Assembly (NCBI GenBank): GCA_034432095.1
Contig: DAOUCV010000088.1
Span: 1-54,133 of the forward strand
Length of the DNA: 54,133 nt
Origin: Dehalococcoidales bacterium
GTDB taxonomy: Bacteria > Chloroflexota > Dehalococcoidia > Dehalococcoidales > UBA2162
Direction: 5' to 3'
Shown: positions 47,743 through 54,133 of the stretch, in pieces
Layout of the letters: every line of letters begins with the position of its first letter
How positions within the stretch are numbered: the stretch's first letter is position 1
Made by a program: the position numbers and the translations under genes
The notes under the pieces: generated by a model
What the model saw: only the letters and a program-made list of their open reading frames with translations
Told to the model about the DNA's origin: nothing
Databases searched by the model: none

Positions 47743-48093
47743 TCACCAAGATTGGGCAGTTTGCCTGACCATCAGTTGCCATTGAGACCAGTCAAGCCTG
47801 GCTAACTCTGATACCAGACTGCGTAGCGATTCATCCTCAGTTAACGAATAGAGGGGAACATCGTTATTAGTTGACACTCTTACCACCCCTTTGTCAATAA
47901 GTTGGCTTAGGGCTCTCTTGGTGTGTGGTTTTTTATTGTGCGAGTTCAGGGCTTGGGCAACCACCGGCTCGCTGAATCGGGTATAGGGGTACCTACCAAA
48001 AAACCGGAGGAGTTGCAGGCAATAGAAATCATCTATGTATTGCCTGACGAAATGACAAAGCTTTTCGGCAAGAGTAGTTTGGGCTAGGGTCAT
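47743..48093 (-). CDS. Hypothetical protein, probable winged-helix fold (116 aa)
   Basis: Start moved to ATG 48093 (RBS GGAGAG); ALSQLIDKGVV...LYSLT resembles a recognition helix plus wing. Confidence 0.6.
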   Translation of the reverse strand: MTLAQTTLAEKLCHFVRQYIDDFYCLQLLRFFGRYPYTRFSEPVVAQALNSHNKKPHTKRALSQLIDKGVVRVSTNNDVPLYSLTEDESLRSLVSELARLDWSQWQLMVRQTAQSW

Positions 48094-48126
48094 GTTTTTC
48101 TCTCCAACCTGTATTTTCAGGCTGAG

Positions 48127-48165
48127 CAAGGAGCCGTAGAGAAGGTCGATTCCTACGGCTCCTTG
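48127..48165. terminator. Hairpin downstream of ftsZ
   Basis: 13-bp perfect stem CAAGGAGCCGTAG/CTACGGCTCCTTG, 13-nt loop; no U-tract on the ftsZ strand. Confidence 0.5.
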
Positions 48166-48197
48166 ACAAAATGCTATCGGCTTTGAGAGTTACGCGG

Positions 48198-49289
48198 CTA
48201 GCGAATGGGGTAGGCTCGTTGCTTTGGAACAGCCTTGCCGTATCTCATAAAGGAAGGGATTTCAAGCTCCTCGTCGCTCTTCATTCCCTTGAGAAGTTTT
48301 GTGATTTCTCTCTCCCAGGCAGTTCCGGCGCGTCCCTCCTTGGTAGCAAAGCCGGTAGCAATTAGTGTTAATCGGACGTCGTTACCCATACTCGGGTCAA
48401 GAACAACACCGAAGATAACGTTTGCCTCCGGGTCAATAGCCTGCTTGATGACCTCAGCGGCCTCGCTCACCTCAAACAGGGTAAGGTTGCTGCCGCCGGC
48501 AACGTTAAATAACACTCCCTTCGCCCCTTCCATGGAGACATCAAGTAACGGGCTGGCTAAGGCTTGTTTAGCGGCATCCTTTGCTCGGTTCTGTCCTGAA
48601 CCACGGCCGATAGACATCCATGCTGGACCGGCATCTTTCATTATTGTCCGGACATCGGCAAAGTCAAGATTGATCAGACCAGGGACAGTAACCACCTCAG
48701 CGATCGCCTGTACTCCGTGAGTAAGGATTTCGTCAGCAAGCTTGAAGGCGCTATCGACGCTTGTCTTCTGGTCACAGAGTTCAAGCAAGCGGTCATTGGG
48801 GATAATAATCAGGGTGTCTACTTTGTTGACTAGGTCTACGATTCCCTTTTCAGCAACTTCACAGCGGTGGGTTCCTTCAAAGGTGAAGGGCTTGGTGACC
48901 ACGGCAATGGTGAGGGCACCGCTTTGTTTGGCCATTTGGGCTACCAGCGGTATTGAGCCAGTGCCAGTACCACCACCCATACCGGCGGTGATGAAGGTCA
49001 TATCCGCTCCGGCGACTGCCTGCTTAATCTCCTCACGGCTTTCCTCAGCGGCCTTCTGACCCAGTGTATGGTCACCACCGGCACCGAGACCCCGGGTAAC
49101 TCGTTCCCCAAGCTGGATACGTACCGAAGCTTCGGTAATTGCCAGATGCTGGGCATCGGTATTCATGGCGATGAATTCCACACCACGGATACCCTCCCGT
49201 ACCATTCGGGTAATTGCGTTACAGCCTCCTCCGCCCAGGCCGATAACTCTAATCCTGGCCCCACTGGGAACATAACTTGTTTTTGCCAT
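48198..49289 (-). CDS. ftsZ: Cell division protein FtsZ
   Basis: GLGGGGCNA, NTDAQ, GMGGGTGTG, NDRL, INLDFADV, C-terminal EIPSFMR. Confidence 0.97.
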   Translation of the reverse strand: MAKTSYVPSGARIRVIGLGGGGCNAITRMVREGIRGVEFIAMNTDAQHLAITEASVRIQLGERVTRGLGAGGDHTLGQKAAEESREEIKQAVAGADMTFITAGMGGGTGTGSIPLVAQMAKQSGALTIAVVTKPFTFEGTHRCEVAEKGIVDLVNKVDTLIIIPNDRLLELCDQKTSVDSAFKLADEILTHGVQAIAEVVTVPGLINLDFADVRTIMKDAGPAWMSIGRGSGQNRAKDAAKQALASPLLDVSMEGAKGVLFNVAGGSNLTLFEVSEAAEVIKQAIDPEANVIFGVVLDPSMGNDVRLTLIATGFATKEGRAGTAWEREITKLLKGMKSDEELEIPSFMRYGKAVPKQRAYPIR

Positions 49290-49329
49290 TTTTCCTCCTT
49301 TCAGTAATTCAAATTATCAGTAAGCTTTT

Positions 49330-50538
49330 TTAGCGAAAGACCCGGAAAATCTGGGAAATAAAACGGCGGAAGCCGCTGTGAGGTCGCCAGCTTTGTACGT
49401 CAGCCTTCTTCCCTTTCCAGAGGAGAAGACCGACGCTAGTAGCGTAGGCTGGGTCCCACAAAGTATCGGCAATGCCGTACAGGTTCATCGGGACGCCGAC
49501 CCTAACCGGGAGCCGGGTTAACTTCTGCCCCAGTTCGGCAATCCCTGGAAGATTAGCCGAACCACCGGTCAGCACCAGTCCTGAGGGGATGAGCTTGGCA
49601 TATTCGCCCCGCGGCAGTTCCATCATAATAAGTCGAATAATTTCCTCGACGCGGAGGCGAACAATTTCCGATAGGTCACGGTAGGAGACGGTGTGCCCGT
49701 CCTCTGTTACGGTTCTATCGGGCTCGTCTTTGTCCCCTTCCTGGGCGGGCATCACATTACCATACTTCTTTTTCATTGCCTCAGCTAAATCAAAGGAGAT
49801 ATCCAAGCCAACAGAAATATCGCGGGTGATCTGATACCCGGCTACCGGCAGGACAGCGGTGTGGTAGATACTGCTGTCCTTAAAAATAGCAATATCGGTG
49901 GTGCCACCGCCGATATCAGCGAGCAGCACGCCATCCTGTTTCTCTTCTTGAGAGAGGATAGCTTCAGCGCTGGCTAGCGGTTCTAAGACAAGGTCATCAA
50001 TGTCAATGCCAATGCTACGTATACACTTGACCAGGTTCTGGACAGAAGTTACTGCCGCCGTAATGATATGTGTCTCTACGTCCAGACGAAAGCCGTGCAT
50101 GCCTACCGGGTTTTTTACTCCCTCCTGACCATCAACAGCGTAGGTACGTGGGATGATATGGAGCAACTCGTGGTCGCTGGGGATTTTGACACTACGGGCG
50201 ACTTCCAGAACGCGCTTCAGGTCTTTAGGATGCACCGTTCGGTCATTACGGGTAATGGCGATAACTCCTCGGTTATTTACCGAACTGATATGCCTGCCGG
50301 TAACGCCAACATAGGCTGATTCTAATCGGTAGCCAGCAATCTGCTCCGCTTTCCTTACTGACTCATGGATTGACTGCTTGGCCTCGTTGAAATTGACTAC
50401 CAGGCCTTTTTGCAGTCCCTGTGAGGGCGCTATGCCAACTCCAGTGATTCGAGGCAAGCCATCATCCTCAGTATCAGCCATAATGGTGCACACCTTGGTA
50501 GTGCCCACATCTATAGCCGCAATTTTAATTCTTCTCAT
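49330..50538 (-). CDS. ftsA: Cell division protein FtsA
   Basis: AIDVGTTKV, VGVTGRHI, NPVGMHG, LEPLASA, DIGGGTTD, VLTGGSA, YATSVGL. Confidence 0.95.
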   Translation of the reverse strand: MRRIKIAAIDVGTTKVCTIMADTEDDGLPRITGVGIAPSQGLQKGLVVNFNEAKQSIHESVRKAEQIAGYRLESAYVGVTGRHISSVNNRGVIAITRNDRTVHPKDLKRVLEVARSVKIPSDHELLHIIPRTYAVDGQEGVKNPVGMHGFRLDVETHIITAAVTSVQNLVKCIRSIGIDIDDLVLEPLASAEAILSQEEKQDGVLLADIGGGTTDIAIFKDSSIYHTAVLPVAGYQITRDISVGLDISFDLAEAMKKKYGNVMPAQEGDKDEPDRTVTEDGHTVSYRDLSEIVRLRVEEIIRLIMMELPRGEYAKLIPSGLVLTGGSANLPGIAELGQKLTRLPVRVGVPMNLYGIADTLWDPAYATSVGLLLWKGKKADVQSWRPHSGFRRFISQIFRVFR

Positions 50539-50571
50539 TGTTTCCTCCTCTCAGGCAGCAGGAGCTGCCAA

Positions 50572-50781
50572 TTACTTGGGTTCGCGGTAGTGGACGTTCC
50601 ACTTTAGGCACAGGCTGTTAACATAGTTTCTTATCTCCGGGTTTGGTGCCCGGTAAAGTTCAGCGAGAAAACCAAGTAACAGCTCACCACCGCTCATCAT
50701 GGGGTCAGGTTCCGTTGGTCCGGGCAAGTTGATATAGACTACCTCCGTCATCACTTTTTGGTACTCTATCGCTGCAGCCAT
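50572..50781 (-). CDS. Small hypothetical protein (69 aa) directly upstream of ftsA
   Basis: Start moved to ATG 50781 (RBS AGGAGAGG); 33-bp gap to ftsA. Confidence 0.65.
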   Translation of the reverse strand: MAAAIEYQKVMTEVVYINLPGPTEPDPMMSGGELLLGFLAELYRAPNPEIRNYVNSLCLKWNVHYREPK

Positions 50782-50965
50782 GCCTCTCCTCCTTTCTTTT
50801 TCTAAATTCTGGCATTTGGCAACAATTTTATCTCGTGCCAGAAGCACCTGACAATTTTTGTCTCTTATAATTCCGTAATCTGAATTTTTAATGCCAGATA
50901 GTGAAAAAAGTAATTTGTTAAATTCCATACCCTGATTGTCTCAATTCCAGCAAAAACGATTGCTC

Positions 50966-50994
50966 TTGAAATTCAAATTCCGTTGCAATATAAT
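50966..50994 (+). promoter_or_regulatory. Sigma70-type promoter of the DUF5343 gene
   Basis: TTGAAA (50966..50971), 17 nt, TATAAT (50989..50994) in an AT-rich divergent gap. Confidence 0.6.
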
Positions 50995-51031
50995 TAAATA
51001 TAATTCTAGTGAGTGGGCGAGGTATAAACCT

Positions 51032-51802
51032 GTGGTTAGGGATATTGGTCGAAGGCGTTTACCCCCATACGTCTCTTACCGCACCTTTCTGAACTTTATT
51101 GAGAGGTTGCAGCAGGGGATACCGAGCCGGATTGACCGTAGTTACTGGAGTGACAGGTTATCCGGTAGCACTGGCACCCAGCTCATGTCGGCGATGCGTT
51201 TTCTGGGTCTTATCGATTCGAGCGGCCGGCCAACTAGCCAGCTCAAACAACTGGTTTTAGCCAGGGGGGCTCAACGGACGGAGGTTCTGAGACAGTTAGC
51301 TTCGCAGGCGTTTGGTTTTCTTCAGCAAGCATCTTTTGACCCCCAGACGGCAACCTATGCACAGTTAGAGGAGACCTTCCACGATACCTTCGAGTTGACG
51401 GATAGCGTCTGTCGGAAGTGTGTCAAGTTTTTTGTGTCTCTGGCTAGTGATGCCGGAGTTCCATTGTCGCCTTTTATACTTAGACGGGTACGGTCGGTAC
51501 GAGCTGAGACTGGAACTAAGCCAGCGGTTAAAAGAAGAGGGCTTAAGGAAAAGAAGAACTCAATAGTTCCACAAAACTTGGAAGAAGTTCCAGAAGAAAT
51601 ATCCTGGGACAAAATGCTGGTGGCAAAATTCCCCACTTTTGACCCATCTTGGTCAGACGAAGTGAAGTTAGGATGGCTGGAGACCTTTGGCGAATTAAAA
51701 TTCCCCACTTTTAACCCTACGTGGTCTGATGAGGTCAAGCTGAAGTGGCTCGAAGCTTTTAACAAATTGCGGGAGCGGCATACCCCTAAAGGAACGTCCT
51801 AG
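51032..51802 (+). CDS. DUF5343-like protein with a duplicated C-terminal motif
   Basis: Start moved to GTG 51032 (RBS GAGGT); PPYVSYRTF, PSRIDRSYW, MRFLGLID, KCVKFF. Family assignment is from recall. Confidence 0.7.
   Translation: MVRDIGRRRLPPYVSYRTFLNFIERLQQGIPSRIDRSYWSDRLSGSTGTQLMSAMRFLGLIDSSGRPTSQLKQLVLARGAQRTEVLRQLASQAFGFLQQASFDPQTATYAQLEETFHDTFELTDSVCRKCVKFFVSLASDAGVPLSPFILRRVRSVRAETGTKPAVKRRGLKEKKNSIVPQNLEEVPEEISWDKMLVAKFPTFDPSWSDEVKLGWLETFGELKFPTFNPTWSDEVKLKWLEAFNKLRERHTPKGTS
51626..51769 (+). repeat. In-frame tandem duplication, 2 x 72 bp
   Basis: KFPTFDPSWSDEVKLGWLETFGEL / KFPTFNPTWSDEVKLKWLEAFNKL; 18 of 24 aa identical. Confidence 0.9.
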
Positions 51803-51837
51803 AAAGACGTTGCTCCTGCCCTTACGTCTGTCGGTGT

Positions 51838-52851
51838 TTATGGTTCCACAAGCACTTTTATCGCGTCGGGCGCTTCAAGCTGAGTATCAAAAGCCTCCTT
51901 AGCCCTGTGCAGGGGAAAACGGTGAGTGATTAGAGGCTTAGCGTTGACTTTACCACTCTTTAGGAGGTCAATTGCCCCGGGTAAGTCCCACCGCAAACCG
52001 CAACCAATCATGGTTATATCATTACCTACAATAAAGGACGGGTTCCAGGTGATGGGCTCTTGATATAGCCCGACGAGCTCTATCTTGCCACCACGGTGGA
52101 CCATCTGGAGAGCTTGCTGGTAGGTAGTTGGTGAGCCAGCGCATTCAAAAACTATGTCAGCCCCTTTACCAGAGCTTACCTTGTTAACCAGGGGCACAAT
52201 ATCCGCCTTAGCGGCATCTACAACCACACTGGCCCCGCTCTCTTCTGCCAGTTCCAGACGCTTGGCTCTTCGCCCGCAAGCGATGATTTGGGCGAGTCCC
52301 ATGGAGTTCAGTATCTGTATAACAAAGAGACCGATAATGCCAAGTCCAATGACAACAACGGTATCTTCACGCTGCGGCTGTGCCTGTCGTACCGCATAGA
52401 GTGCCACTGATAGTGGCTCTGCCGTAGCGCCTTCTTCGTAGGTCAAGGTATCAGGTAGTCTGGCAGCATAGAGGCCGGGCTTGAAAAGCGGCACCGGTAC
52501 ATATTCAGCAAAGGCCCCCGGGAACCCATACCCGAGAAATGCTAGCTTCGAACAGCGAATGAACTGCCCCTGCCGGCACCAGTAGCATTGACCGCACCCT
52601 CGACCGCTTATCGCCACAAAACGGTCTCCTTTTTTTACACCCTTTACCTCAGCCCCGATTTCCACAATGTCACCACTGAACTCATGCCCCAATATCATGC
52701 CATCTCGTCTTCCGTGTCGGTAGAGGTGAAGGTCAGAGCCGCATATCCCGCAGGCATTTACCTTAATGATGACGCCATCCGGCTCAAGACTGGGATAAGG
52801 TACATCTTCAATGATAATGTTATGGGCACCATGGAGTACGGCTGCTTTCAT
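51838..52851 (-). CDS. Zn-dependent medium-chain dehydrogenase (threonine/sorbitol dehydrogenase-like)
   Basis: CGICGSDLH, GHEFSG, CxxCxxC-x7-C, EPLSV, GLGIIG, ITHRFPL. Confidence 0.92.
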   Translation of the reverse strand: MKAAVLHGAHNIIIEDVPYPSLEPDGVIIKVNACGICGSDLHLYRHGRRDGMILGHEFSGDIVEIGAEVKGVKKGDRFVAISGRGCGQCYWCRQGQFIRCSKLAFLGYGFPGAFAEYVPVPLFKPGLYAARLPDTLTYEEGATAEPLSVALYAVRQAQPQREDTVVVIGLGIIGLFVIQILNSMGLAQIIACGRRAKRLELAEESGASVVVDAAKADIVPLVNKVSSGKGADIVFECAGSPTTYQQALQMVHRGGKIELVGLYQEPITWNPSFIVGNDITMIGCGLRWDLPGAIDLLKSGKVNAKPLITHRFPLHRAKEAFDTQLEAPDAIKVLVEP

Positions 52852-52900
52852 ATCTCATCCTCCTGAAAGAAGACGATTCAATAGGACCCACAGTGGAGTA

Positions 52901-54094
52901 TTAGATGACCTTGGATTCTCTTAGGTTCTCTATCTCGTCTTCGCTCATATCTAAAAGCTCTGCTAGGAGCTGCTGGGTGTCCTGTCCTAAACTGGGGGCA
53001 GCACGCTCAATCCTGGCTGACGTTCTCGAGAGTTTGATGGGGGTGTTGATGAGTTTAACCTTTCCTAGCTTTGGATGGGGCACCTCCACAATCATCTCTC
53101 TAGCCAGAACTTGGGGATGGCTAGCTACCTGGTCAATAGAATTGATGGGGCCACAGGGGATGCCTACCTCGGACAGTTCTCTAATCCACTCATCAGTTGT
53201 CTTTGTCTTCATCACCTTACTTAGAATCGGCTCAAGTTCGTGGTAGTGCTGGGTACGTAATTCGCCAGTCTGGTATCTTTCGTCATCCATAAGGTCAGGG
53301 CATCCAATGACCGCACAGAATAGCGGCCATTGGTTCCTTACGCCTCCCACCATAGCGACAACGATGTAGCCATCTTTGGTCTCGAAGGCTTGGAAAGGGG
53401 TGAATATCGGATGTCTGGTTCCAATGCGCTGGGGCACTATTCCGGTAGCGAAAAAACGGGCAAAGGCATTCTCGAGTATGGCTAGCTGGCAATCCAGCAT
53501 ACTTATATCTACCATCTGCCCCTGGCCGCTTTTTTCGCGCTCGAAAAGGGCAGAAAGGACGCCGATGACAGCGAATAGACCAGCGACGATGTCGCCAAGT
53601 GAGGCTCCAGGTCTGAGCGGCGGACCGTCGGGCTCGCCAGTGATGCTCATCATCCCGCCCATGGCCTGGATAATAATATCGAGGGCACGATACTGAGCAT
53701 AGGGACCGGTTTGGCCAAACCCGGATATGGAGGCGTAGATGAGTCCAGGATTCTGCTTTTTCAGTGTCTCGTAGTCCAACCCCAATTTTTTCATTGTCCC
53801 CGGGACAAAGTTCTCGATTACCACATCCACTTTTTTCACCAGTTCCAGAAAGACCTGTTTGCCCTGGGGAGTCTGCAGGTCAATGGTGATGCTCTTTTTC
53901 CCCCGGTTGAGGCTTAAGAAATAGGAACTTTCTCCATTGATAAATGGCCCGTTACCCCGTGCCAGGTCTCCTGTTTGTGGTCTTTCGACCTTGATTACCT
54001 CAGCCCCGAGGTCACATAAAACCATCGTAGCGAAAGGTCCGGCCAGCACCCAGCTAAGGTCCAGAATCCTGATGCCCTCCAAAGGTCCAGCCAT
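52901..54094 (-). CDS. Family III CoA-transferase (CaiB/BaiF)
   Basis: Start moved to ATG 54094 (RBS AAGGAGG); PLEGIRILDLS, GAEVIKVE, NRGKKSI, ENFVPG, SGFGQTGP, DIIIQAMGG, PCGPIN. Confidence 0.93.
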   Translation of the reverse strand: MAGPLEGIRILDLSWVLAGPFATMVLCDLGAEVIKVERPQTGDLARGNGPFINGESSYFLSLNRGKKSITIDLQTPQGKQVFLELVKKVDVVIENFVPGTMKKLGLDYETLKKQNPGLIYASISGFGQTGPYAQYRALDIIIQAMGGMMSITGEPDGPPLRPGASLGDIVAGLFAVIGVLSALFEREKSGQGQMVDISMLDCQLAILENAFARFFATGIVPQRIGTRHPIFTPFQAFETKDGYIVVAMVGGVRNQWPLFCAVIGCPDLMDDERYQTGELRTQHYHELEPILSKVMKTKTTDEWIRELSEVGIPCGPINSIDQVASHPQVLAREMIVEVPHPKLGKVKLINTPIKLSRTSARIERAAPSLGQDTQQLLAELLDMSEDEIENLRESKVI

Positions 54095-54133
54095 GGCTCC
54101 CTCCTTATCCGCCACTATAAAATTAGATTGGCC

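Noticed and set aside
50782-51031. Upstream extensions of ORFs 50572..50928 and 50936..51802
   Set aside because: They cross an AT-rich divergent promoter gap; better RBS-start pairs exist at 50781 and 51032.
1-54133. CRISPR arrays, rRNA, tRNA and IS elements
   Set aside because: No regularly spaced repeats, RNA gene signatures or transposase ORFs were seen by eye; tRNAscan-SE, Infernal and ISEScan would be needed to confirm absence.

Overview
Bacterial chromosomal segment (about 50% GC; most likely Chloroflexota, class Dehalococcoidia, inferred from the style of the family-5 solute-binding lipoprotein, the DUF5343-type gene, ftsA-ftsZ with no mur/ftsQ genes, and T-box control). Left to right: (1) an orphan ABC family-5 substrate-binding lipoprotein; (2) a 29 kb, 24-gene glycosylation locus headed by a euryarchaeal-type AglB/STT3 oligosaccharyltransferase, transcribed divergently from a 16-gene plus arm and closed by a convergent 7-gene minus arm. 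It holds 5 GT4 glycosyltransferases, 5 NAD-dependent epimerases/dehydratases, a full di-N-acetyl-uronic-acid pathway, a ThDP E1 alpha/beta pair without E2/E3, a B12 radical SAM enzyme, 5 SAM methyltransferase domains and a Wzx flippase-FkbM fusion; no Wzy, WaaL or initiating transferase is visible; (3) a frameshifted remnant of a second SBP gene and a DUF2284 gene; (4) a type IV pilus/T2SS-like operon carrying 8 inactivating lesions that I located by hand, while I found no comparable break in the rest of the window; (5) a Trp-specific T-box and trpEGDCFBA; (6) an unannotated 40-aa basic ORF with its own promoter and RBS, small hypothetical genes, ftsZ, ftsA and a DUF5343 gene with a duplicated C-terminal motif; (7) a Zn-dependent dehydrogenase and a family III CoA-transferase. 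No rRNA, tRNA, CRISPR array or transposase was recognised. The best candidate for an undescribed system is archaeal-style protein N-glycosylation with an exotic, methylated and possibly C-branched glycan, next to decaying sequon-bearing pilins. Family assignments come from motif recognition, not database searches.
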